Part shown: positions 41,165 to 54,703 of the stretch, piece by piece
Layout of the letters: every line of letters starts with the position of its first letter
How positions within the stretch are numbered: position 1 is the first letter of the stretch
Origin: Camelus ferus
Taxonomy: Eukaryota
Length of the DNA stretch: 64,000 nucleotides
Assembly (NCBI RefSeq): GCF_009834535.1
Contig: NC_045697.1
Span: 74,588,001-74,652,000 of the forward strand
Direction: 5' to 3'
The notes under the pieces: generated by a model
The model's database searches: none
What the model saw: the letters and a program-made list of their open reading frames with translations, nothing else
What the model was told of the DNA's origin: nothing
Made by a program: the position numbers and the translations under genes

Positions 41165-41775
41165 TTTTTTTTCTTTTTGAGTAAAAGTAGATTTATTTAG
41201 AGATGTACATGGTGGGGGATGTGCGTGGAGGTTAAAGTAAAGGTAGATACATACTCCATAGACAAGAGTACGGGCGGTCTCAGAAGGCAAGAGAGAGTGC
41301 AGTGTTGCTAGTTTTTATATATTAAGAAGTGAGAGGATTATTCCTACTACCCTGGGGAAGGGGCAGGGATTCCCAGGAATTGGGCCACCACCCTGGTTTT
41401 GAACTTTCATGGTTGGCTTCAGAACTGTCATGGCACCTGTGGGTGTGTCATTCACCACGCTAGTACATTACAATGTGTATAATGAACCTCAAGGTCCACT
41501 AGAGGTCAAAATTCTGGCCATCTTGGGCTTCCAGGTCTATTGGGAGTGGACTTTCATGCCATCTTGGTGCTAACTGCTGTGTCATTTCTTTATGGCTGTG
41601 TCCTGCCCTCTTCCTTCCTGTCTCACTTTCCCCTCAGAAATTTTACTCCCACAATCTTATAAGGGTGTGCAGAGGGGTGGTAGTCTATCTCCCATAGCTG
41701 AGCAGGGGCCTTGACCCTGCCTATTAGGGAGTAAAAATCTATGAATGCCTAATCTAGGGGCCCCAGGAACAGGGA
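41165..41775 (-). mobile_element. ERV1-class 3' fragment: internal sequence, polypurine tract, U3-R and poly(A)
   Basis: Minus strand: GAGGGGAAAG (41635-41626), LTR start TGAGACAGG at 41625, TATATAAA near 41315-41322, AATAAA 41197-41192, A-rich tail 41178-41165. Confidence 0.8.
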
Positions 41776-42239
41776 AGCTTCTTGTGGAAACTGTTTTCTT
41801 AACATCAGTGGCCAACATTCAGTATTGGATGGCACTATGAAAAACCCAGTATTTCTTCCAAAATACCCTACCACTATTTTCAGATTGCTTGAGAAATGAC
41901 AAATGTACTGCTCTCATGGTTATTTCCTCTAGTACTAAAATGACACATCTACCAATACATATCAAGAACTTTTAACAAGATTTTCTAGCACCACTTGTAC
42001 TTTCTTGGAATGTGACATCACACTGTATCATTTACTACAAGGGAACAGAAGTTGGAAGCAATTTTTGGCAAAAATAACAATGCCTTCCTGCTGTGCTCTC
42101 TGTTCAAGAACTAAAGAGTTAGTATAAAGTTGTGGAAAAGAGGAAGAAAGGAGAAAGGAGAGGGAACTTACAAGGATTGAATGTTACACATTATTTGCAT
42201 TCTTAAAATATTAAATGTGACACCTACTTGAAAAAATAG

Positions 42240-43085
42240 TTATGCATACTTGGTAGCAGGTTTTGTGTCATGTGCATTATGTATATTATCTTTCATACTC
42301 TAACATTAAAGCAGAAATTACCTTTATTTTAGTGAAACTTTCATAATGTAGAGGAGCCTCTTTCCAGTGAGGTTAAAAACTTGCCCAAATTCACACAACT
42401 ACTATATGCCAGAGCTGGGATGTGAACTCATATCTGTTTCACTCCACAGACCACTCTTTTCAGTGGCAGAACCATTCTGAAACTTTCCTGAGTCACACAG
42501 GTAGTGAGTGGTAGAGCTAGGACTCAAACCCTTATGTCTTGACTCCAAAGACTGGGCTGTCTATCCACTATACCATGCTGTCTCTGAGCAATGAAAAGAG
42601 CTATTCTTCTTAGTCATAATATACATTTAACATTGAAGGCTTACTTTACTTCTTAGGTAATTCCTTAATTGCTTTTGCTAATAAGGAAATCTATATGATT
42701 GATATCTACCTCAATAATTTATAGAAAGACTCAAATGGGATGATTGCTTCATTTATTCTATCAATTGTAAAGCATGCCATGATACAAACAAAAAAGTGAG
42801 GAAAATTATATAATAATGATGATAATAACATTAATAATAATAATCACCTACATAGCACTTCCTCTTTGCTGGCACTGCTCTAAATTTTTCAGATATGCTG
42901 ATTTATTCAGTACAACAATCTTGGGAGGTAAGTACTGTTATCACTTTCATATAGTCAGGGTTAAAGAAACAGATACAAAGAGTTTAAGTCATGTCCCTAA
43001 GGTCACAAAATTGTAAGTGGTAAAGCCCGGACCTAAAACCAGTTGATGTGGTTCCATACTCCATGCTCTTAACCACTAGGCTATT
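42240..43085 (-). mobile_element. Cluster of MIR SINEs
   Basis: Three MIR-like segments (acttgcccaaattcacaca, cctgagtcacacaggtagtgagtggtagagctaggactcaaaccc, tgtccctaaggtcacaaa...atgctcttaaccacta). Confidence 0.7.
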
Positions 43086-43271
43086 GGTAGGGGAAAAAAC
43101 CCACTAGGGTCTGTAGGAAAAAACCTAGAAAGGACAATTAACAGGGAAAAAACACTGATATTTCTTCACCTAGGGGAGTGTCAACAGTCATCTGTTGCAT
43201 TGGTGGTGTCCTGTTGGTGCAGTCATCTTGATGTAAGTGAGAATGAAAGTTGGTCCTCAGGCAGCTCATTC

Positions 43272-43530
43272 TTTGCAGATATAATCAAGTAAAGACCTGA
43301 TCATACTGGAGTTGGGTGGGCCCTAATCCAATGACTGGAGTCCTTGTAAGAAGAGGGTAATTTGGACACAGACATAGGGGAGAATGACATGTGACCACGG
43401 AGGCAGAGGTTGCAGTCATTCTGCCCCAAGCCACAGAACGCCAAGGACTGCCAACAACCACCAAGAAACTAAGGGAGAGGCATGAAACAGATTCTCCTCT
43501 GAGCCCCTCTCCCCAACAGAAAACACACAA
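43272..43530 (+). mobile_element. MLT1 (MaLR) LTR fragment
   Basis: ctttgcagatataatcaagt...gggccctaatccaatgactggagtccttgtaagaagagg...gagaggcatgaaacagattctc. Confidence 0.85.
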
Positions 43531-45853
43531 AACTCCAGAAGCTTATTTTGTTCACAAGGTTTCCAACTGGATAGTGTTTCCATCATATTATTGTCAACAG
43601 ATGTTTTGAACAGTGAATATGCTAATCTGTTTCAGCAAAGAATTTAGTTAAACGTGTTCTGACTGCTTACTTATGCTTTTAAACTCAGTTAATTGGGTAT
43701 TTCAGTAAAGCAATTTAAAATTGAGTTCAAATTAATGATTAATCCTAACCTATCTTTATCTACAAAGTCTGTCTCAAGAATTAAGGTGAAATACAGAGTT
43801 AGCCTATCTATTCTTTTTTTGTAGACTTAAGAAATGATGTTTTCTTTCTTTCAAATATATTCCAAGCTTAAGTCACATAATATTTTGCTTAGAAAAGGCA
43901 TGTTCAGTGTGTTTGTTTATGTATTAATCTGGATTCATTTTTTAGGACTTCCCAGGACCACTTCCCAGTTCCTTCAAGCATCAAATACAGTTAGGAGGCT
44001 CAACATGATGAAAAAAGGACATCTTTCAGATCTAATTAGGCAAGACATCCCAAATAAGTGCATTTTGATAAAAAATAAAATGAAACACAGGTGTACTTAA
44101 GGGCTAAGTTTGCTTTGACACTCCCCCTCTTTTTAAGTCACATTTTTCTTACAAACTCTTTTTTTCCCCAACAGGAATCATATACAGTGACCAAGTAAGT
44201 TATGAACCAGAAAAATGGCACTGAGGATAAAGGGAATCCACATCAATAGAGGGCTTCCTATTTTCAAAAGTAAGTAGTGTTTACCTTTTCAACAAGTCAG
44301 TTCCAACAAACACATATTCTCACTTTCTGATTTCCAAAATAATAACTTTATTTTAATGGATAAGCAGAGTTACCACTAACCTGCCTACATAATATGAAAA
44401 TAGATTCTTTTACCAGTGTATAACTGGAACATTTGTGTTCAAAACAGGAAAGGCATTAAATTTCTTTGACTTGAAAATGTACAATCATTATTCCTAATAT
44501 ATATTTTTTAGACCAGACCATAAAAATTCTTTTAACCCTAATCAATCATCCTCTGTTTACCTTGGCAAGTTAGGAATAACAGGAAAATATCTGTAGGGTA
44601 CAGACAGTATTTGCAGTTTGTAAAACAAGCTTGTTTGTAACTGTTCAACACCAACAGGAAAAAAAAAAGACAGATAACTTGATTTTCATAAAGAATATCC
44701 TAGAAAAAAAATAACATAAGAGCTAAACTATTTGTTCATATAAGAAATAATTGACTTTAATTAAAGTTTGATTAGTTAGAAAGCTGATGGTGATACTTGT
44801 AATTTGGGGGGAAAGAGAGATTTTAAATAAATCTAATAATTTTTCTTATTATTTTCCCAAAAAGGATGAAGATTTTCAACAACAGAGAAATGGTTAACAG
44901 ATCCAGATATAGATCATCGACTAAAAATAAAAACTGGTGTAGATAACAGGTTTCTTAGTCTTCTTGAGAGTACTTATTAAATACATAATCTTAAAATACC
45001 TTTCTTTTATTCTTTGTTTGATTTTTAAGCAAATTTATCTCTTGGACAATTTTAAGTGTGTTTATTTTCAGCAACCACTCGTGCCTGCCTGAACATATGG
45101 AGAACAGCAATAAACTCATAGAAGGATTGGAGCCAATACAATGCTATTTGAAGAAAGTAGAATTTTTCTACCTGAAAACATTTTGGTTTCTGCAAAAAGG
45201 TAGTTTAGTATTTGTCTTCCACAGATTGTTATATTCTATGCAACCATATTACTTTCATCTTTTCAGCTATAGCATCAAAGGTTAAACCATAGTTAAAATT
45301 CAGATTTCTACACTTCAGCATTCAACTCCTAGATTTATGAACTCCTCACTTGTGAATACAATACAGCTTAACGTATTATCATGCATTGTATAACACGGAA
45401 TTTCCCTGGAGTGTGATCTGCCCTCCCAAGAGGACAGTATTTTCTCTCCTCAAACTGTCAAATTATTAGCATGCCGCTATGGAGAGGAGAAAGCAAAGAT
45501 CCATGTAAATTAGATTCTCAAACACCTTCCCAAGTGGCCTTTATTTACTCTCTATCTGCTGAAGATAAACGGGTCTATCCTAAGCAAAAAGACAAATATG
45601 TCATAACCCCCCTACCTCTTTTACCTTTTTGGTGGCATCAATGACATGAATGTAAATGACAGTGAGCTAGTATGACCCAGTTTTCTGTTTACAATGCTGG
45701 GCCAGCAGAAGAGGTAGTATACAAGGGAGAGAATTCAGAGAGGGATGATGAGGTTCAACTAGAAGAGATTCTGAAGGCCTAGATGATCATTCCAAACTGT
45801 TATAAGAATGTCTCATTATCCTATAATTACATTTCATTTAGTGATTCTCTTTA

Positions 45854-46054
<201 letters not shown>

Positions 46055-47036
46055 TTAATTAAAACTAAAAAAAACAAAATAAAAATTAAAACAACTATAA
46101 GCTGCTTTACTAGACATATGACAATTTTTTATGGCCAAAACTATTAAAAAGCAAATACTATCAAACTGTTTTTATAAAATGTTTACTTGGCTTTGTAGAT
46201 TTATTGATTCCTAAGACATCTTAAAAAACTGACAATCAGATTGATCGAATAGATGACATTTTCTAATCTCTATTAATCTTAGTATAGTTGTTCAAATTCA
46301 GTCTATTAATTCCTAGAATTTTCCAGTTATATTATTCTCATAAGTTTTTTAATTAGAAGAATTACAGTATTGTTATAGATTCAGTATTATTACATTTCTA
46401 TTATACACTCTAAACATTGCTTTTTCAAATTCTCATCAAAAAATCTGATTAACAATTTTCTACTTTTGCAACTGTCCTTTTTCCATTTCCGTTTTTAATA
46501 ACAATCTTAACATCTTTTTAGGTCAGTGCATACAGACCTACTTCAAATATTGTATTCCACTTATCATATGTACATATTTAAGCAGGATATCCACCATACT
46601 AATATCTGTAACTGATTAAAAGTATTATACATTCACATAAACTTTTATTTCTAGAGAAATTCTAGTATAAGAAATAAAAGCATTACTTATTAGACAATCT
46701 CTAAAAATTGAGTCTGATTTGATTGTAAAAGTTGCCTTTGAAAACTTTATGTAAATACTATAGTTAATATTAATTTATTTTTCAATAGAGGGCAGAGATT
46801 TTGTGAATGTCATGGCATGTAAGAAAGGTTTTCATCCTAGAGAACACTCGTTTTGATATTTAGCAGTCAGAACAATCATAATTTCTTTTTTACCCAACCC
46901 TGTAACACTAGAATTACATAAGGATGCTTATATAATTAAATCTGCTTAATATTATTGTAACTATAATGTACTGGGGAAGAATGGAGCTGTCCTTTTGATA
47001 ATACAATATCAAAAGACAAGGGAAGATGATACTTAC

Positions 47037-47073
47037 GAGTAAACATGGTGAGAAACCAAGGGATGGCATAGAG
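47037..47073 (-). CDS. TBCK: TBCK coding exon (37 nt, phase 0 to 1), TBC domain; probable exon 21 equivalent
   Basis: Acceptor tctttttccacccacAG and donor GTAAGT; translates LYAIPWFLTMFT(H), the TBC 'WFLTxF' motif; in frame with both neighbouring exons. Confidence 0.96.
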
Positions 47074-47814
47074 CTGTGGGTGGAAAAAGAAAGGGATGCA
47101 GGGGACGAACAAAGAAGAAATAAAAGAGATAATTAGAATGACTACCAATAAACTGAATGGTAAAAAACCAGCTCTATGTTTTGGTCTACTCTACTGATTA
47201 AAACAGAAGAGAATGTTGATAATTATAATTATTAATGCAAATACCCAATTAAATAATGATATCTATCACAAATGCTGCAGAAGACCCTTTTGCCAAGGTT
47301 TATGCCACAGAATGTCTTCATTTCATCAAAGGATACACTCAAGACAAGGCCTAACCCAAATACAATGCTAGCATGCTAATTTCAAGGGAGTACTTTTCAG
47401 AGGAGAACTCTTCTCACGAACAAAATATTAAGATTTGAATAGTCCTCATTAGTGCTGAGTTACACTTACTGAATATTTTTTTGAGACATGATGAGATGAT
47501 ATTTGAAAAATGTCCGAAATGTCTCATTAAAGGATATTAGAAACATAAGCTTTCTATTACCACTTTATAAATTAATGGGAAGTTTCTAAAAGTAATGAGA
47601 TCTAGGAATGAAATAATTTGGTTCTTTAGCTGAGTGACAAATTTATTTTCCTAAGTTTACTATTTAGAAATGAAACACACACTTTTAATTAATTTTGTGA
47701 AATTCCAAAAGTGAGAAATCATTCTTAATTTCTAAAAGTAGAGTAAAATCTCCTTTAAGAACAAGTATCAATAGCCAATAATAATTTATAGAAAAATCTG
47801 AAAAAGCTCTAATT

Positions 47815-48475
47815 TTAAAAAAATTTAAGTATTGTCAGTTTACAATGTGTCCATTTCTGGTGTACAGCATAGTGTTTCAGCCATACATATACATACATAT
47901 ATTCCTTTTCATAATAGGTTACTAGAAGATATTGAATACAGTTTCCTGTGCTATAAAGTAGAAACCTGTTATCTATTTTATATATAGCATTTAGCATCTG
48001 CAAATCTCAAACTCTCAATTTATCCCTTCCCACTCCACTTCCCCTCCGGTAACCATATTTGTTTTCTATGTCTGTGAGTCTGTTTCTGTTTGGTAAATAA
48101 TTTCATTTGTGTATTTTTTTCCCACATATGAGTGATACCATATTTTTTCTTTTCTTTCTGGCTGGCTTACTTCACTTAGAATGATGATCTCCAGGTCCAT
48201 CCAAGTTGCTGCAAATGGCACTATCTTATCCTTTTTTATGGCTGAGTAGTATTCCATTGTATAAACATACCACAACTTCTTTAGCCATCATCTATTGATG
48301 GACATTTAGGTTGTTTCCATGTCTTGGTTATTATAAATAGTGCTGCTGTGAACATTGGGATGCATGCATCTTTTTGAATTAGAGTTCCCTCTAGATACAT
48401 GCCCAGGAGCGGGATTGCTGGATCATATAAGTCTATTTTTAGTTTTTTGAGGAATCTCCATACTGTTTTCCATAA
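47815..48475 (-). mobile_element. Young L1 3' end (ORF2 C-terminus and 3'UTR), sense to TBCK
   Basis: ORF 48066..48275 MWYVYTMEYYSAIKKDKIVPFAATWMDLEIIILSEVSQ is the L1 ORF2 C-terminus. Confidence 0.93.
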
Positions 48476-50619
48476 TTTTATTTTATGTTTTATGTCAATG
48501 CAGTCTCCTATTAGACAAAGACTTTTGTACTACCTATAGAGTTTAAATAAATATTTTTTGGCACCTATCAATTGTGAATTTATGACTAGAGTTGTATTTT
48601 TCTTTGCATTGCACACAGTTGAGTATCTATGCTATTAAATGTGAGTCAAGAACCATAAGTAGTTATACACTACATTAAAATCTAAGTACTGTAAATGAAA
48701 TAAAGCTCATTGCTCTCCACAGGATCATTATTTATATTCACTGACACATATATATTACAAATGGGAAAACTGACTTCACTGTAGAGTATGGAATGTCAAA
48801 ACAATAAAATATAATAAAATATGAACTCCTCAGGCTAATTTAATTTTAAAAATACAGTCAATAGAAATAAGTTACAACACTATTATTCAACTTTTCTTTC
48901 TTTTAAGGAGATGATGTAAAATATATTACCTTCTTCCCTTCTGATCAAAGTCAATTGTTCATCATTAGGAATCTTATCTGAGTTACTTCAACAACAAACT
49001 AACCATCTCTTTTCCCACCGACTAGAAGAGTACATGTATCAGGAAACTGTACAAAGGAAGGAAGAACCACTTGAAAGGATCAAGGGGGAAAACACACTAG
49101 GCTCACACAAAAGCAGGCATAGCTCATCTTACCACCAGCTAGAATTTTTAAAAACACTGTAATAAACAAGGCATCAGGTAGAGTAATCAAAAGGATATTG
49201 CCTTAGTAATGGGGCAAAATTATCCTCCCATATTATGCTGCTCTGGTCTCACTTAACAACTCTTAAAAGCAAGCCTTGAAATGATCAAACCATTCCAATG
49301 TTACTTAGCTGCATCTCAAAATAAAGTTCAAGAATATTTACAAGAACATAAAAATACCCAGTCTCCAACAAGGTAAAATTCTCCATGACTAAAATCCAAT
49401 AAAAAATACCGGCAGTGTAAAGTAGTAGGGAAAAAAATGATCATAATGAGGAGAAAAATCATTCAATCAAAATGGACACAGAGCTGACATAAATGCTTGT
49501 AATAGCAGGCCAAGATATTAAAACACCTTTTATATATATACTCTACATGCTCAAAAAGCTAATAGAGCATTGAACATGTTAAGTTGAGACACAGCAGATA
49601 TAAAAAAAAGAAAAAGAAAATTCTTCTAGAGATAAAAAATATAATGTTTGAGACAAAAATTACGCTGAATGGGCTTATGAGCAGATTAGACGTTGCAGAA
49701 TAAAAGATTAGTAAACTTGAAAACACAGCAATAGAAAGTATCCAAAATGAAACAGGGACAGAGGGAAAAAGGAAAAAAAGAAACCCAAATCAAAACATGT
49801 CCTAAGCATCAGTGTGTAACTTCAACAGGCTGAATACATACGTTATTGAAGACTTCAAGAGAGAGAAGATGAGAGCGGACAGAAAGAATATTTGAAGATA
49901 TAACAGCCAAACATTATCTAAAAATGATGAAAATTGTAAACTGATAGATTAAATAATCTCAAGAACCCAAAGCACATGAAATATGAAGAAAACTATACCA
50001 AGGTACATCACACTCAGATTTCTCAAAATCAGTGGTGAGGAGAAAAATCTTACACCATAGCCGGAGAAAAAAGACACATTATGTGTCAATGAGAAGAATT
50101 TTTTCCTGTCAAAAACAGGGCACAAAAATGACAGTGGAGCAGTATTTTTGAAGCATTAAAAAAAAAAAAAAAAAAACTCTATCAACTTATAATTGTATGC
50201 CCAGCAAAAATGTCTTTCAAAGACAAAGGTGAAACAAAGAGTCTCACACACACAGAAGCTGAAAGAATTCACCGGCAATCCTGCACTATGAGAAATGCTG
50301 AAATCAGTCTTTCAGGCAGAAGGAAAATTATACCTGATGGAAATCTGGATCCATACAGAAGAATGAAGAGACTCAGGATTATAAATATGTATTTAAATAT
50401 TAAAAAAAACTTTTATTCAAAATTTTTAAAAATAATTGACTAAAGCAAAAACAATAATTTATTGTGGAGTTCGTATGTAGAAATAAAAGGTAGGACAACA
50501 ATAATACAAATGCTGGGAGGTGAAATGAAGATATATGTTGTATTTATACCATATGTGAAGTGGTATAATAGTACTTAAAAGCAGATTGTAATAAGTTAAA
50601 AAACATAGTATAAATTAGA

Positions 50620-50818
50620 ATTTTTTAACCTCAGAATTATTTACATTTTGGATTGGATAATCTTTCGTGGCGGAAGGGTTGTACTTTGCTTTTTAAGATT
50701 ATTGCAGCAACTCAGCCTCTTAACTAGATGTCAGTAGTTCTTGCTCACTTTTGCCAAAAATGTCTCAGACATTGCCAAAAATCCCAAGAGGAAAACTGCC
50801 CCTTGTTGAGGACCACTG
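50620..50818. mobile_element. MER20-like hAT-Charlie element
   Basis: acattttggattggataatctttcgtgg...ccaaaaatgtctcagacattgccaaa...gttgaggaccactg. Confidence 0.8.
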
Positions 50819-50862
50819 TATAAATCTTTAAAAAACCAATAGGAAAACAACAAAGGAGGTAA

Positions 50863-50892
50863 GTGCGTGTGCACGCGCGCGCTCGCACACAC

Positions 50893-50924
<32 letters not shown>

Positions 50925-50926
50925 GC
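50863..50926. repeat. Alternating purine-pyrimidine tract, (CG)n/(CA)n
   Basis: gtgcgtgtgcacgcgcgcgctcgcacacacacacgcacac...acgc read directly. Confidence 0.95.
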
Positions 50927-51052
50927 AAATCTAACAAATCCAAAGGCAGATAAAAAGGAAAAAGAGAACAAAGAAGTGATAGAACAAATAGGATAAAAAT
51001 AACAAACTGGTAGGTTTAAAGGCAACCATATTGATAATCACAAAAGAAGTCT

Positions 51053-51277
51053 TGTGATGGTTAATTTTATTTGTCAACTTGACTGACATGGGATGCCCAG
51101 ATATTTAAACCTTACTCTGGGTTTGTCTTTGAGTGTGTTGCTGGATGAGATCAACATGAAAATCAGCATACTTAGTAAGACAGAGTGCCCTCCCTAATGT
51201 GAGTGGGCCTCATGGAATTCATTGGAGGTCTGAATAGAACAAAATGTGGAGCAAGTGAGAACTGACTCTATGCCTGA
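51053..51277 (+). mobile_element. MLT2 (ERVL) LTR 5' part
   Basis: tgtgatggttaattttatttgtcaacttgactg...ccctccctaatgtgagtgggcctcat...tgaatagaacaaaa. Confidence 0.85.
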
Positions 51278-51374
51278 AGGATAAGCAGTGAATGAAGCAT
51301 AGTTCCAGCCTATAAGGAGCTTACAGTTCATTAAGAACAATAGCTATTCATTTAATACCTTCTTGATCTCTACA

Positions 51375-52728
51375 ATTAGGTTCTTGTCTCCACCTCACCA
51401 CCAAAACTGCTCTTATCTTGGTCACCAGAGATCTCCATGTTGCTAAATCTAATGGCCTATTCTCATTCTCAGTCTTTAACAATCAGCAGGGTTTGACATA
51501 GTTGACTACACTCATCTCCTCAAAACAAGTCCCCTCCCCACTTAGCTTCCAAGAAATCACATTCATCTAGTTTCCTGACTGCTTCTTCTCCATATCCTTT
51601 GTTGGTTCTTATTTATCTCTCTGACTTAAATATTGGCATGCCCTAGGTTCAGTGTTTAGAACTTTTGTCTTTTCTATTTTTCTCCAAATTATGTGAGGAC
51701 TCATTTATAGCTCTATCCCAGACCTCCTCCCCAAATTCCAAACTTTTATGTCCAAATGCCTATTTCACATTTCCACATGTACATCTGATAGATATCAATA
51801 ACATGTCCCAAACTGAGCTCCTAAAACTTCTTCCAAACACTGCCTCCACATACAGTCTTCCAAATATTAAGCTAAGAGAACTGCCGTTCTTCCAACTGAT
51901 CAGGTAAAAAAAATTCTGTAATTATTTTAAACTCCTCTTTCTCTCACATTGTATAACTGTCACCAGCAGTCCTGCTGGCTACATTTTTAAATGTATTCAG
52001 AATATGAAAAATTCTTACCACCACTACAGCTAATTTCCTGATTCAAGCCACCGTTATCTCTTATCAAGATTATTACAATAGCCATGTAATGGAGTCTTCT
52101 AGATTCCATCCTTGTCCCTCCTTGGGTTTCTCTTACAATAGCAGGCAGAATGATCTTGTCAAAATGTTTATATCAGAACATGTAACACCCAGTGGATTTC
52201 CACTACTGACAATAAATGCTAAAGTCCTATGACCTATAAGATTCTGTGTACTCCGGCCCGCCAGTTACCTCTTTGACCCTCATCTCCCTGTTCACTGTGC
52301 TCCAGTCACGCTGGTCTCCTGGCTGCTCCTTTGATGTCCCTGGCATGCTTACACCTCAGGGCTGTAGCTCTTGCTGTTGCTTCTGCTTGGATTGCTCTTT
52401 CCCACAGTTCCTTACAGCATTTATTCAAAAATCACCTTTTCTGTGAGACTTTCCCTGGCTACCTTACTTAAACATTCACTTTCTCCTTTACCTGAATATT
52501 TAATCTCCATGTCCCTGCTATAGTTTAATTTTTTTTCTTTAGTATTTACCACTACCTAACATATCACATCGTATATTTATCTCCTTTATTGTCAACCTCC
52601 CATGAGAATATAAGTTCAATGAGGGCAGATATTTTGTCCGTTCATCTTTTTTTTTCATTGATGTACCCAGGGCCTAGGGAAATGCCCGGTACATAATAGG
52701 CATTTAATTATTTGTTGAAAGAATGAAA
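51375..52728 (+). mobile_element. L2 3' portion (about 1.35 kb)
   Basis: ctccatgttgctaaatctaatgg, aacatgtcccaaactgagctc, gagggcagatattttgtc...cacataatagg...ttgttgaaagaatgaa terminus. Confidence 0.85.
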
Positions 52729-54261
52729 TATGTAATGAAGACAATTGAAAGGGATGGATTAAAGGATCAAATAGTCACAAGATAATACAATTTCTTGAGA
52801 AGTTTTTAATAAATATGAGATAATGAGAAAATTAGCTACTCTTTCTTGGTGTATACATATATTTAATCCTTCGTATTAAATAATGGAAAGTACTGAAAAA
52901 ACTTCAAATTTTGAATTATATAACTATACTTTGACAACTATTATGTAAACAGTTAGTAGAAATAAGCGAAATGAAGCACATTCTACTGGATATTTGAAAA
53001 GCAATGATTCAAGTTGAATACATTTCTTTAATATAATATGTAACAACTCCTAGGTGCTCACCAGTACCAGTTGTCTCTTACAAGATAAATTGAAGTCAGG
53101 TAAATAAATAGGTAATATATTATGTGAGATTATAATGTTTGTTATTTATTCTTTCTATATTTCTCCCTTTTAAAATTTTAACTGATATTTTCATCTTAAA
53201 TAATTTCTTAGCATGTTGGTATATCTTCATAATACAATCTGATACACAAAAAGACAGCAAACTAGAATAATTTTGAATACTAGGGTGGTTCAGGTTTCAA
53301 TTTTTAAAATGACAATTATATAATGAAACATTTTATTACAAATATAAAAATATATAAAATTAGTCTTATTAAGTTAGAGATATTATTATCTATTTCCTGA
53401 TTTAAAGTTGGAAACAAACCCAACGAAAAGAAATCATACGTTCTTTTAACTATTTTCTCCAGATCATGAAACTATATATTCTTGATGTGACCTAGTGCTA
53501 TTCTGCTAAAAGAGTCAGCTGGGTAAATACTGCCCCCTAGCAATATCAAGAAAGAATAAACGATATTTACCATTTCATGAGATCTTTTCATATGGTCTGC
53601 TAATGTCTAAATTAGAAATATCAGTAGGAAAAACAAAGGCAGGGGCTCATTAACCTGATTTTGAATAGTGGAAAATTATGGCTGAAAACTTGTAAGTGTA
53701 TAAAAATGAAAAATATTAAGAAACTAAATATTTATTTTAATAAACTCTAGATGAATCTTTTATCAAATGGATTTTTTATTTACAAATATATTGTGTTCTC
53801 TCTATATACATATATAATAATAATTATTATTAATACAAAAGGAAGTCCTTTCTAATTGACTTTCTTAATCTATCTTCTTATTAGCATATTTTCTGTTTAC
53901 CTCAAGTCAGAAGTATTTTTATATTTAAGTTACTGTAAGCCATCTCTGTAAAATACATGTTGACCGTTAGCTGGATGTCTTGCAATGATTCTCCGTATTA
54001 GCGGAATGTATGTATGTCCATTCAAGAAAAGGATGCTTGAAATACAGCAAGTTTTCAAAGCAGGAAACTATCATATATTTTCTTGAAACTCTGAAATTCT
54101 GGACTTTGTGATCTGGTAGTTCTATATCTCTTTGAACCTTTAGGATAGCTGAGATTAGTTAATGGCTCTAAAATACTTGGCAAAAGATGTGGCATATATC
54201 AGATATCTTCACAGGAATCACAATTATCATTCTTAGTAACAGTCCAAAAGCTTTTATAACA

Positions 54262-54703
54262 TTTTCCCCCGTGATGAGAACTCTTAGGATTTACTCTCTT
54301 AACAACTTTCATATGTAACATACAATAGTATTAATTATATTTATCATGTTGTATATTACATCCCTAGTACTTATTTATTTTATAGCTAGAAGTTAATACC
54401 TTCTGACTATCTTCAGCCAGTTACCCCTTTTTCTCCTGTCCTCTACCTCTGGTAACCACACATCTAATCTCCTTTTCTATGAGTTTGTTTGTTTTTGAAG
54501 TATAATTCACCTACAACACTATGTTAGTTCCCAGTGTACAACATAGTGATTTGACATTTCTATACATTTCAAAATGACCACTGTGATAAGTCTAGTTACC
54601 ATTTGTTACCATTTGTTACCATACAAATATATCATATTATTATTTACTATATTCGACATACTGTGCATTTCATACTTGTGACTCATTTATTTTGTAGCTA
54701 GAA
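54262..54703 (-). mobile_element. L1MA-type 3'UTR fragment
   Basis: gtgatgagaactcttaggatttactctctt...ctctggtaaccac...tgaagtataattcacctacaacact...gtgtacaacatagtgattt. Confidence 0.75.

Larger units (their letters stand above)
49020..51045 (+). mobile_element. Old L1M 5'/ORF1 remnant interrupted by MER20
   Basis: ORF1-like peptide MSFKDKGETKS; gcagattagacgttgcagaataaaagattagtaaacttgaa, agaatatttgaaga. Confidence 0.75.
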
